DNA of 39,162 nucleotides from a virus (taxonomy: Duplodnaviria > Caudoviricetes), in IMG/VR virus record IMGVR_UViG_3300044305_001204, positions 1 through 39,162 of that record; one strand, given 5' to 3'. The position numbers and the translations under genes were made by a program. Positions 17,919 through 27,180 of this stretch are shown one piece after another (position 1 is the first letter of the stretch; each line of letters opens with the position of its first letter). The notes below the pieces were generated by a model. That model was not told the origin of the DNA, did no database searches, and saw nothing but the letters and a program-made list of their open reading frames with translations.

Positions 17919-20380
17919 TACATTACTCCTTCTAATTTTTGTGATGTTTGAAACATTTCTCTAGCGCCATCTAAGCCTTGCGATTCTTCAGATACGTCAC
18001 CTCCGGCTTCTAGGTTTTTCATCATGTTATACATAACTTCTGAGCCTTTGTCTATATCTCCTTCACCAGCATTTCTTACAGCTTCAGCTGTAAATACAAA
18101 TTCATTTTTAGATAATCTTGCAGGTACATCATCTGCTTTTTCCATTCTACCTATTGGTACAAATCCACCATTAGCTCTATAATCTTTTTCCATTCCACCC
18201 ATGTCTAACAAAGGCATAACTTCTTTAGCTACTGGTTCTGCTTTTCCACCTTTAGCCATTAGTCTATATGGATTGCCTGATCTTTGCATAGCAAGATAAG
18301 GATTTCTTCTAATACCAGCTATATCTAAACCTTCTCCTCTGTAATCTTCGTCTTCATCTTCTTCAGGTTGTCCAAATAATTTTGTTAATCCTAATGATCC
18401 TATTCCATACAAAGCTGCTTTACCCATACCCGATAGTTCTCCACCTTTTCCAAACAAACCACTAGTTATAGTGCCTGGAGATCCTTTTGTTCCAACTAAA
18501 TAATTTAAAATATTAGGTTTAAGATTACCAAAACCAAAACCACCACTAGTAGCTAAACCTGGAAATGATTTACCAAAAAAAGTTCCACCACCAAGACCAT
18601 ATATACCTGCTCCTAATAATGCAGCTTTACCTAATTTACTTTTACTAATTTTTTTAAGAGTTTTTGTTACACCTTTAACAGCTTTTTTTGCTGCTTTTAC
18701 AATACCACCAATTATATATCCTTGTCTTAATCCTGCAATACCACCTTCTGCCATGCCAGATAATGCTTGTGCTCTAAATTGTTCAAATGACATTGGTTCT
18801 AATCCTTGTTCTATCATTTCAAAAACATATTTTTCATATTCTTCTTCTAACATTGGATCGTTTGAAGCCATCATCATGTTTTCTTTAGGTTGTACATCAC
18901 CTTGTAATCTTAATTCTGGTGCACCAGCTTGTAATGATGTATCTCCACCACCCATAAAGTTAGCTCTTCCACCATCCGCTTTTAAAAATGCAAATCTTTC
19001 ATTAATATCTTCAGCTTTTTTTCTGTTGTCTAATAAATTTTGTCTAGTGTTTTCTACTAATCCAGTTCCTAATTGTATTTCATCTGCTGGACGAGTTTCT
19101 TTTAAATCTAAATCAGTTGTTTCTTCATCATCTCCGAAGTTTATAAGATCAAAAAATTTTTCTTTCATACTTTTTTCTGGAACTATTACTTTTTTAGGTG
19201 TGACTACTACCGGTGTAACATTTCCGCTATCTCCTGATCCGCCTCCGCCTCCGCCATTTCCACCTGTAAAAGGATTATCATCTCTAACACCTCCAGTTGA
19301 ACTTGTTCCTGGTGAAATATTTTCACCTGATGTAAATTGTGCTCCACCCATATTAAATCCTGTTCTAACTATTCCACCTTTATTCATAAGTCTCCATGGT
19401 GTTGCTGACTCTTCAACAACAGGAGTTGTTGTTTCTGGTGCAGTTGATCTAATTCCTGAAAAACAATACGCAGGTGGGTTAGGTCCTTGACATGGATCAT
19501 TTGGTCCATCTCCACCTACTGTTTCATGTCTTTTTCTTATATCATCATAATATTCATCTAAATCATCTTTTGTTTCAATATTACCTAAAGTTTCCATTCT
19601 ATTAAATGTAGAAAGTAATGTATTATAATTAGGTTTACCAAGACCTGTAAATTTAGTTATTAAAGGTGCGGTTACAATTGTAGAAAAATCTGGTGTACTG
19701 TCTATATATTTTGTACCTAAAGGGTCTCCTTTATTAACTCCTGCTATTTTTTTATCATTTAAATTAAAAGGACCTAATTGAGTTTCAGTAGGCATATTAT
19801 ATTTTGTTCCTGCTTGAAAACCTGTGTCAATTGCTGGTCCCTCAAAATTAAAACTTTTAGTACCATCTGGATTAGTTCCTTGTTGAAATTGAGATTCTAA
19901 CATACCAACTATTTCTTCTGCATCTATGTGTGGGTTTTTTTGTAAATTTTTGTCAATGTAGTTAATCATTGCAAATTTTTTCTTGTCTGATATTTTTTTT
20001 GCTTTTGCTCTAGCTTTTGCGTTTTTTATTCTCTCTTTTTTTTCTGCTTCTTTAGTTCTCTCTGCTTCTTTTCTCTCTGCTTCATTTCTTTTAGCTAACT
20101 CCGAAGCTGATACTCCAGTTTTTCCAGTTGCTAAGTCTCTTACAGTTTTGTCTGTTGATTTAGAAAAATCCCCTTTTTCAAAATCAGATTTACTGACACC
20201 ATAGTTATCCCATTCAGGATAAGCTGGTATACCTTCTTTAGTCATTACTTCTCGACCACCTAATGTCATTAATTTTTCAGCTTCATTTGGTGTAATGTAA
20301 GCCAACATATGGTCTTGACCTTTTATCTTTTTATTTTTTTGTATAATTTGTTTAGCTTGTTGTGAATTTGTTATAGCCAT
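17918..20380 (-). CDS. Internal virion protein with repeated double-glycine motifs, 820 aa
   Basis: HMLAYITPNEA; repeated xxxGG motifs; C-terminal ADDVPARLSKNEFVF domain. Confidence 0.7.
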   Translation of the reverse strand: MAITNSQQAKQIIQKNKKIKGQDHMLAYITPNEAEKLMTLGGREVMTKEGIPAYPEWDNYGVSKSDFEKGDFSKSTDKTVRDLATGKTGVSASELAKRNEAERKEAERTKEAEKKERIKNAKARAKAKKISDKKKFAMINYIDKNLQKNPHIDAEEIVGMLESQFQQGTNPDGTKSFNFEGPAIDTGFQAGTKYNMPTETQLGPFNLNDKKIAGVNKGDPLGTKYIDSTPDFSTIVTAPLITKFTGLGKPNYNTLLSTFNRMETLGNIETKDDLDEYYDDIRKRHETVGGDGPNDPCQGPNPPAYCFSGIRSTAPETTTPVVEESATPWRLMNKGGIVRTGFNMGGAQFTSGENISPGTSSTGGVRDDNPFTGGNGGGGGGSGDSGNVTPVVVTPKKVIVPEKSMKEKFFDLINFGDDEETTDLDLKETRPADEIQLGTGLVENTRQNLLDNRKKAEDINERFAFLKADGGRANFMGGGDTSLQAGAPELRLQGDVQPKENMMMASNDPMLEEEYEKYVFEMIEQGLEPMSFEQFRAQALSGMAEGGIAGLRQGYIIGGIVKAAKKAVKGVTKTLKKISKSKLGKAALLGAGIYGLGGGTFFGKSFPGLATSGGFGFGNLKPNILNYLVGTKGSPGTITSGLFGKGGELSGMGKAALYGIGSLGLTKLFGQPEEDEDEDYRGEGLDIAGIRRNPYLAMQRSGNPYRLMAKGGKAEPVAKEVMPLLDMGGMEKDYRANGGFVPIGRMEKADDVPARLSKNEFVFTAEAVRNAGEGDIDKGSEVMYNMMKNLEAGGDVSEESQGLDGAREMFQTSQKLEGVM

Positions 20381-20631
20381 TATTCGTCCTTGTCAGATGA
20401 TGCGCCTAAAGCTGGTATCTTTGCAACTTTAATTTTTACAGATCTTAAAATATCTTCTTTTACAGTATCTGTATCTGGATTATTAATATCGTCTTCTGCT
20501 TCTTTATCAGAATTATATTCTTGATTTGTTTTTGTATTCTTTAAAGTTATTTCTGCTTCACATTTAACGACAGGTACTTCTTTGCCATCAACTTTTATAT
20601 ATTCTACAGATCCTTCTTCTATAAATGCCAT
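20380..20631 (-). CDS. Hypothetical protein, 83 aa (structural module)
   Basis: Tightly packed ORF with TAATG coupling. Confidence 0.75.
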   Translation of the reverse strand: MAFIEEGSVEYIKVDGKEVPVVKCEAEITLKNTKTNQEYNSDKEAEDDINNPDTDTVKEDILRSVKIKVAKIPALGASSDKDE

Positions 20632-20634
20632 ATA

Positions 20635-20961
20635 TTAATCTCTATTTATTTGTAACACAGAAACAACCATATGTAACCTATTTCCTGTGGCTGCTTGTGC
20701 TTTTAAAATTTCGTTTTCTTGTATTATAAGGGGTTGTGTCAATAACTCAATAGTTGTATTTGCTGCAACTGCTTTTGTTTTAAACAAGTTAAATACAGAT
20801 GCTCCTGCTGTAAGGGTAACAGATATACTGTCAGCATTACCAGAATCATCTGATACTAATATTGATTTAATAATACTAGTTGTAGCTGCTGGACCTGTAT
20901 AAACAACAGTATTTGTTGTATCTGTAAAATCTATTTTTGCGTTTGTATATATATTAGCCAC
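20635..20961 (-). CDS. Small beta-rich virion protein, 108 aa
   Basis: GTG start overlapping the upstream stop; Thr/Val/Ala-rich. Confidence 0.75.
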   Translation of the reverse strand: MANIYTNAKIDFTDTTNTVVYTGPAATTSIIKSILVSDDSGNADSISVTLTAGASVFNLFKTKAVAANTTIELLTQPLIIQENEILKAQAATGNRLHMVVSVLQINRD

Positions 20962-21121
20962 TTAAAAACCAAGAAATTCTCTCTTGCTCCTGTTTTAGCT
21001 CATCTAAAAATGTAGAGTTTAATTGTTCTTTCATTAAACCTAGAGCTCTATTAATTTGTTTTTGGTTAGATACATCATATTCTTGTTTTGGTTCTGGTAT
21101 TCTTATATTTATCTTTGTCAT
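20954..21121 (-). CDS. Unannotated 55 aa protein MTKINIRIPEPKQEYDVSNQ...WFLSG
   Basis: TAATG overlap with the 650 aa gene; stop overlaps the next start; fills the gap. Confidence 0.75.
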   Translation of the reverse strand: MTKINIRIPEPKQEYDVSNQKQINRALGLMKEQLNSTFLDELKQEQERISWFLSG

Positions 21122-23073
21122 TATCTACGCCCATCTGCTTGTACATCAACTCTAAAAGTTCCAAATCTCCACGACTCACTAGATGCATCATTTTCTATTT
21201 TAAAACTACAGAACCTACCACGTGCTCTTGTATCTTTTTTAGTAGTACTAGATGTTATAGTAAAAGGACTATAAGTACTATTAGTAGTTGATTGTTGAGG
21301 ATATCTTTTTAATCCAATAGTTACTTTTGCATTTCCTTGTAATACTTTAAAATCTGGTACAAACCTTCGTAGTGCTAAAAATACTTCTCCAGCAACTTTA
21401 GGTCCTGAAGATTTACCTTGTGCATCTCTTTGTCTTTGTTCTAAATCAAAATCAAATGATTGTATAAAAGAAGAAACAGCAGTTGTAGTACCATTAGGAT
21501 TAACTTGATCTGTTCCTACTTCGTGTTCAAAATATGTAGTTTGTCCTAAACCAGTTTGTCCAACCACCGCAGGAAATGTGCCGGTAGCTGTTGAGTTGTA
21601 TTTAGTTGCATAAGGGTTTGGATATATAGTTGCATCTATCCAACTTGTTCTAGCTTCTGTTCCTGTGTACCATACACCTCCAGGTACACCAGCAGATTCA
21701 CCAAAATTAAATACAACATACTTATCATTAAAATCAGACGATGCACTTGGATAGCTCCAAGTAATTTCTGTATATAGATTATTTAAACCTGCTGAAACTT
21801 GTTGTCCTTTTGTAGTATCAAAATTATCAAATACATTATCTTCAACAGTACAAGATAAAGATTTAACAGTACCATCAAACATAAAAAAACCTTTAGGACT
21901 TAACCAAAACGCAGCACCGTCTATTTCTACAACTGCATTTTGTCCTATTAATCCACAGTTAGTTCCTACTTGTTCAAAACCAAATGTAAAAGGAGAACCA
22001 ATAAACTTCATTGTGTACAATGCATTATCAGTCCATATTAGAATAACTTCTTTAGCTTTTAATGCACCTATAATTTTTGTACCATCTTGTAGTCTTTGTG
22101 TTCCAGCTGTATTAGTTGCTGAAGGTGCGTAAGTGTTTATTGCTTCTTGGTCCGAGAACCTTATAAACATATCGTCTTGTGAATCAGGTGTGCCTATTAT
22201 TGTTTCTGTACCTAAATGAATTAAGTGACGTGTTGTTGGTGAAATTAATGTAACTCTTGTTTTAGTTGGATTGTTTGTTGTTTCAAAATTAGATGTAGTT
22301 GTTGATGCACGTGTAGTTAATCTTGCAGCAATACCAGAATCCCATGTAAAAGTTTTACCATTTAATATTGTTGCAACTAATACTTCTCCATAATTACTTA
22401 ATGACCAAAGACCTGGTTCTAGTGTAACATCAGATGCTGCAGCTGCTTCACCCCATTTACCATTACTCCAAGGATCCATTCCCCAACCATAACCATATGT
22501 TTGTTCTCTAGGACCAATATGTTCATAAGGTATTACACTTAAACTACCACCAGTTGATACTGTTCCAGTTGCATTGCTTGATTGATTAATTGTAAATGTG
22601 CCTGTAGTAGGTACACCTATTACTTGAAAATTTTTATCTTCAAAATCAGAGTTTTGATAACCTGTACCACCTGGTAAAGTTACTGAATCTAATTGTACAA
22701 TGTCTCCAACTTTTACACCATGTGCTGCTTTTGTAATTGTGCATGTTGGTGAACCATTTGTTGTTGCAATGGTTGCAGATGTTAATGTAGTTTTAACAGG
22801 TGTAATATCGTATAGTTGACCTTCAAAATATAATAATAAAAATTTATCTGTTCCAAGGGCCACGTACCTATTACCATCGTTATCTACAAAAGCATGTTGT
22901 TTTCTAACAACACCTACAATTGTATCCGTAGTAAGTGAAGCCCAACCACCAACTTTTTCTGGTAGTCCATATCTAAATCTAACATTGTCAGAATCAACCC
23001 AACGGTTTTCAGCTCCAACCTCTGTGTCTTGTTTATCAATACCGGGTTTAAATTTAAACTCAATGAGAGCCAT
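21121..23073 (-). CDS. Tail nozzle / packaged-DNA stabilisation protein (P22 gp10 / tail tubular B-like)
   Basis: 650 aa beta-rich; WVDSDNVRFRYG, IRFSDQE, GTNCGLIG, C-terminal DGRR; precedes the ejection genes. Confidence 0.72.
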   Translation of the reverse strand: MALIEFKFKPGIDKQDTEVGAENRWVDSDNVRFRYGLPEKVGGWASLTTDTIVGVVRKQHAFVDNDGNRYVALGTDKFLLLYFEGQLYDITPVKTTLTSATIATTNGSPTCTITKAAHGVKVGDIVQLDSVTLPGGTGYQNSDFEDKNFQVIGVPTTGTFTINQSSNATGTVSTGGSLSVIPYEHIGPREQTYGYGWGMDPWSNGKWGEAAAASDVTLEPGLWSLSNYGEVLVATILNGKTFTWDSGIAARLTTRASTTTSNFETTNNPTKTRVTLISPTTRHLIHLGTETIIGTPDSQDDMFIRFSDQEAINTYAPSATNTAGTQRLQDGTKIIGALKAKEVILIWTDNALYTMKFIGSPFTFGFEQVGTNCGLIGQNAVVEIDGAAFWLSPKGFFMFDGTVKSLSCTVEDNVFDNFDTTKGQQVSAGLNNLYTEITWSYPSASSDFNDKYVVFNFGESAGVPGGVWYTGTEARTSWIDATIYPNPYATKYNSTATGTFPAVVGQTGLGQTTYFEHEVGTDQVNPNGTTTAVSSFIQSFDFDLEQRQRDAQGKSSGPKVAGEVFLALRRFVPDFKVLQGNAKVTIGLKRYPQQSTTNSTYSPFTITSSTTKKDTRARGRFCSFKIENDASSESWRFGTFRVDVQADGRR

Positions 23074-23084
23074 CTGTTAAGCTC

Positions 23085-23792
23085 CTATATTTTATCTTTA
23101 TAGACCCAACCTCTAGCCGTATTAACATAGACTAAAGTGAATGCTGCACCGTTTACACTAACTACTAAATTTGATGCTGAGCCCAAAATGTTAGAACCAT
23201 TTCTGCCTATGGTTAAATTATTTGAATTAAAAAAATTTTTACTATCTATAAAATGCACTTCATTACCAATAGATGGTGAAGCAGGTAAATTTACTGTTAC
23301 TGTTGATGCACTTGTATCTACTAATACTTGATCATTAGCAACTGTAGTATATGTACCTGTTGTAGTAATATATCCTTTTTGAACTAAACCTAGATTAACA
23401 TTTGTACCATCAGCATAAACTAAACAAGTTGATGCTACAGGTAAACTTATTCCTGTACCTGACACAGTTTTAAAAGTTAAAGTATATCTATTAGCTGATC
23501 TATCTGTTGCGTCTTGAACTACATAAACTCTTTCTACTGAGTCTGGAACTGTTACAGTTCTATTAGCTCCAAGCGTACCTGTAAGTTTTAAATATAAATT
23601 TTTACCGTTAGATACTGCGCCATTGCTTATAGCTAATGCTTGGTCTGAAGATGCAACATCAATTGATATATATCCAGATGAAGCTTGTTCTAATTGTTGT
23701 AAATTGGTGTTAGTTATAGTACCCCATGTACCTGACTTCTCACCAGTAGTCATTAATTCTAATTTTAAATTACTCGAGTATGTTGATGCCAT
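23085..23792 (-). CDS. Tail fibre/baseplate-like protein, 235 aa
   Basis: GEKSGTWG.TNTNL N-terminus; C-terminal DTS..VTVNLPASP..G.EV.FID domain typical of fibre proteins. Confidence 0.7.
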   Translation of the reverse strand: MASTYSSNLKLELMTTGEKSGTWGTITNTNLQQLEQASSGYISIDVASSDQALAISNGAVSNGKNLYLKLTGTLGANRTVTVPDSVERVYVVQDATDRSANRYTLTFKTVSGTGISLPVASTCLVYADGTNVNLGLVQKGYITTTGTYTTVANDQVLVDTSASTVTVNLPASPSIGNEVHFIDSKNFFNSNNLTIGRNGSNILGSASNLVVSVNGAAFTLVYVNTARGWVYKDKI

Positions 23793-23799
23793 AATTCTC

Positions 23800-24045
23800 C
23801 TATGGGTTAAGTGGGTCTATTGGGACCCATGTTTGCCCTGCGTTTGGATCTATTGGATTCCATGATACCACAGAAACCGTACCTAATGCAAGGTTAATTC
23901 TACTGCCAGATGGTCTAACTCCTGACCCAATTGTTGTATTTCCTACAGCTACGTTTACTCTTTTTCCATTAACTAAAACTACTACATTTTGTATTCCGAC
24001 CCCTGCAAAAGTTGTTGCTGAAAAAGATGTTGCTCCAAAAAACAT
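23800..24045 (-). CDS. Short beta-repeat virion protein, paralog of 24047-24682
   Basis: Shared MxFGATxFS start and NAxQxWxxI end; 2 repeats. Confidence 0.75.
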   Translation of the reverse strand: MFFGATSFSATTFAGVGIQNVVVLVNGKRVNVAVGNTTIGSGVRPSGSRINLALGTVSVVSWNPIDPNAGQTWVPIDPLNP

Positions 24046-24046
24046 A

Positions 24047-24682
24047 TTATATCTCCGTCCAAATCTGAGTAGCGTTTGTTGGTACCGCTTCCCATTTTCT
24101 AATTAATACGTCAGATGTTCCAACATTAAACCTATTACCAGTTGGTAATATTTTAGCTTTAGCTATTACTGTTACATCACTAGTAGCTATGTTAACTCGT
24201 TTTCCTGTAACAATAGCTGTTGCATTTGCTTTAGCTGTTGCATTACCAAGAGCTACTTCAAAGCCATTACCTGTAACTGTTAAATTACATTTACCAATAA
24301 TTGTAACATTACCAGTGCCAATATCTAAACCTTGACCAGTTATATCTGGTTTAGCACCTGCTTTTACTATTACCGTTCCATTTGCTAGTTCAAATGCATT
24401 ACCAGTAACCGGTACATTTTTTGGTATAGAAGCTTGCGCGTTACCAATACCTAATTCTAAACCATTACCTGATAATACTTCTACAGCTTTTGCAACAATA
24501 GTTACATCACTAGTACCTATGTTTACTCGTTTACCTGTAACAGATACGTTAGCTTGTCCAATAATAGTTGAATTACCAACAGATACATTTAATCTGTTGC
24601 CTAATACATTAACATACGCGTTAGGAGAAAAACCTACATCTGAAAAGGCTGCTGCCGAAAAGGGTGTAGCACCAAAATACAT
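24047..24682 (-). CDS. Beta-repeat virion protein with eight 22 aa repeats
   Basis: xxVTG(N/K)xxxxxxG periodicity of 22 aa. Confidence 0.8.
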   Translation of the reverse strand: MYFGATPFSAAAFSDVGFSPNAYVNVLGNRLNVSVGNSTIIGQANVSVTGKRVNIGTSDVTIVAKAVEVLSGNGLELGIGNAQASIPKNVPVTGNAFELANGTVIVKAGAKPDITGQGLDIGTGNVTIIGKCNLTVTGNGFEVALGNATAKANATAIVTGKRVNIATSDVTVIAKAKILPTGNRFNVGTSDVLIRKWEAVPTNATQIWTEI

Positions 24683-24694
24683 GCGAGGCTACCT

Positions 24695-25759
24695 CTACAA
24701 GGCAGTCGCCGGAGTATTATTTGTGCCGACTATGGTTTGCCCAAAAGCAAAATATGCATAAGTACTTGTGCTTTGGTTTACACCCGCCCAAGCTGATCTT
24801 ATTTTAAAACCATTACTATAAAAATCTATAAAAGGAGATACACTAGTATTGTCTGCTCCAGTTGTATTTGCTACTAACATTCTAGTGTTAGGATTAGGTA
24901 ACATATTACCAATTGTATTATCTACAATCCACCAACCATCTGCTGAACCATCAGTCATTTTTATAAGAACCCATGATGGAGCAAAACCAGTGTAGATCAT
25001 AGAACCATCTGCATTAGCATTACCCATGTACGTTGAAAATTTACTATAGCCAGCTTTTTCAGCAAATAAAAAAGCAGCATAAGGTTCACCACTTGCATTA
25101 GTTTGACCGTGATCTCCTACTGTAAAATTAACACTATCGGGATCAGTATTTTCCCAAGCTGCTCCACCTGCAGTAATAGCATTATCAGTTGTATCTAATT
25201 TTAAATATTTAGTATTACCTAAACCAGTACCTGGATTATAAACTACCCAGTTATTGTCTGGAGCTGAAAGTCTTTTAACAATTATAAAACCTGGAGCTGC
25301 TCCTAAACCATGAGCTATTTGTGTGGGAGTGTTACCATTCCCTGTATAGTTTATAACACTAAAACCTGCGGTTTGATTAAATGAGTAAGAAGATGGAGTA
25401 ATATCAGTAGCACCATTAGTTGCTATTCCTGATGTTGTCCCTGCCTTCCAATTCCAACTAATAAAACCATTACCATTACCATTAGATTCACCATGGTCTC
25501 CTAAAGTAAATCCATCGGCTCCAAATGCTGTTAAAGTATTTGCACCTGTTTGTTGTTCTGTACCTGCATCACATTCTAAATATTTTGTAGTTCCAGATGC
25601 ACTATTATAAAGATTATGATTTGATGTAGATTCTCTATCTTTTACCCAAACAAAATCAGGTTGAAATCCAACTCCTGTAACATTATTTGTTCCACCGTTC
25701 CCTGCATATGTTAAATTTTTTATGTAACTCGAACTCTTATTTATAGTTGTGTAGGCCAT
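24695..25759 (-). CDS. Cassette protein C3 (GFQPD-repeat fibre-associated protein)
   Basis: YAGNG..TGVGFQPDFVWVK, WNWKAG, HGLGAAP, GYSKF..Y.GN, TGFAP, SNGFKIR; paralog of C1 and C2. Confidence 0.8.
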   Translation of the reverse strand: MAYTTINKSSSYIKNLTYAGNGGTNNVTGVGFQPDFVWVKDRESTSNHNLYNSASGTTKYLECDAGTEQQTGANTLTAFGADGFTLGDHGESNGNGNGFISWNWKAGTTSGIATNGATDITPSSYSFNQTAGFSVINYTGNGNTPTQIAHGLGAAPGFIIVKRLSAPDNNWVVYNPGTGLGNTKYLKLDTTDNAITAGGAAWENTDPDSVNFTVGDHGQTNASGEPYAAFLFAEKAGYSKFSTYMGNANADGSMIYTGFAPSWVLIKMTDGSADGWWIVDNTIGNMLPNPNTRMLVANTTGADNTSVSPFIDFYSNGFKIRSAWAGVNQSTSTYAYFAFGQTIVGTNNTPATAL

Positions 25760-25818
25760 TATTCGTTAAGTCCTTTCGTTGATAGCGCAGTATAGCCCGC
25801 CGGAACATCATACTCAAA
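25737..25818. repeat. 82 nt direct repeat at the B3/C3 junction (copy at 32602-32683)
   Basis: 76/82 identical by manual alignment. Confidence 0.9.
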
Positions 25819-27174
25819 CGTTCCTATATTTGAAGCATTACTTCCTGCACTAGCTACTGCCGTTGTTTTAAACATTCCATTTCCAAAATTATAATTAAAT
25901 ATTGCATTTGCACCATAAATTCCAGCCGCAGGAGAACACGTGCTAACAATTGTTGGTATTGCAATAGCACCAGTTTTAGATGCACCTGATGTTGGTACCC
26001 CTACATTTCCACCTACTGTAATATAAGTTCCGTTTTTGTGCATATATAATGCTCTATTATCCATATCAACTGCAAAACCAAGTATATCTCCATTAGAATA
26101 ATCTATTCCTGTATCGCCTAAATTTGAACCACCACTCATATTATTATTATTACTTCCACCTCTATAATCTATTTCAAAACCTGCACTTGCAGTGTTAGCT
26201 GTAAAATTTGCATTAGTGTTTCCTGCAAATCCCATACCAGTACCACTACCAGCAAATACTTTATCTATACATTGTATTCCTGCATTTGCATAACCATTAG
26301 AAGAATTTAATGCTTCAATTTTTAATTCCCAGTAGAACTTGCCTTTTGTAAAACCTAATGTTCCATAAGTACTTTCCCAAACAGTATCTACATTAGACAC
26401 AGTAGTGTTTCCATTTGAGTATCTAATGTCACTACTATCATCACGATACAAAGGATTAAACGTGCAAAAATTATCAGAAGGGCAATCTTTTGTTGCTGTA
26501 ATTGTACCAGAACCTAAAGTAAAATTATTTCCTTGACCACTTCTATCTGTTAATGCGGCATCATTTTTTAATAAAAAGAAACCATTAGTTCCATAAGTTA
26601 CACTTGGACTTGTATTTATTTTCCACAGTCCAGTGGTTGCATCTGTTGAACCATAGCTACTTGCAGGATAACAATAACCATCTGTAACATGTATGTGTGA
26701 TATTACGCATGAATTACAAATAGTTGAACCTTCTCTTAAAGAACCAATTAATTGAGTAATATCTGTTCCAAAAAAATTATATGTAGCATTTTGTGCAGGA
26801 TAAGTTGAAGTAGAAAAACTTGTTTCTAAAACTCCATTAATATAAATTTTAATTCTATCTGCTGCAGTTGCTTGACTTGAATCATATGCAATACATATAT
26901 GGTAAAATGCAGATTGATCTCTTAGTAATCTATTTGTTTCTACTCGAAATTGATAACCACCATCATAATAAGCTACTTGTAACTTATCATCAGACGTCAC
27001 AAATATTCCTCTTAAATTTCCAGTAGTATCAGATTTTGATGAACAATATACTGGTTGAGATTGAGCATTGTTAGAATACATCTGCTTAACCCAAGCAGAA
27101 GCACCCCATTTAGTTTGGCTTCCTGCTGAGGATATAGTTCGTTTTAATTCTGTAGTTGGTGCTATTGCTGTCAT
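25759..27174 (-). CDS. Cassette protein B3 (LamG/concanavalin-like + SPRY-like), putative receptor-binding
   Basis: SAWVK..RD.SAFYH..IYING (LamG-like); GKFYWE..GDILGFAVD..KNG..NFG (SPRY-like). Confidence 0.8.
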   Translation of the reverse strand: MTAIAPTTELKRTISSAGSQTKWGASAWVKQMYSNNAQSQPVYCSSKSDTTGNLRGIFVTSDDKLQVAYYDGGYQFRVETNRLLRDQSAFYHICIAYDSSQATAADRIKIYINGVLETSFSTSTYPAQNATYNFFGTDITQLIGSLREGSTICNSCVISHIHVTDGYCYPASSYGSTDATTGLWKINTSPSVTYGTNGFFLLKNDAALTDRSGQGNNFTLGSGTITATKDCPSDNFCTFNPLYRDDSSDIRYSNGNTTVSNVDTVWESTYGTLGFTKGKFYWELKIEALNSSNGYANAGIQCIDKVFAGSGTGMGFAGNTNANFTANTASAGFEIDYRGGSNNNNMSGGSNLGDTGIDYSNGDILGFAVDMDNRALYMHKNGTYITVGGNVGVPTSGASKTGAIAIPTIVSTCSPAAGIYGANAIFNYNFGNGMFKTTAVASAGSNASNIGTFEYDVPAGYTALSTKGLNE

Positions 27175-27180
27175 AATATT

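Noticed and set aside
19239-19262. ccgcctccgcctccgcc short tandem repeat
   Set aside because: Simply encodes a poly-Gly linker in the 820 aa protein
18753-19490. 245 aa plus-strand ORF and the other short plus-strand ORFs in the track
   Set aside because: Antisense shadows of minus-strand genes with no recognisable motifs; only the SNF2 helicase is credible on the plus strand
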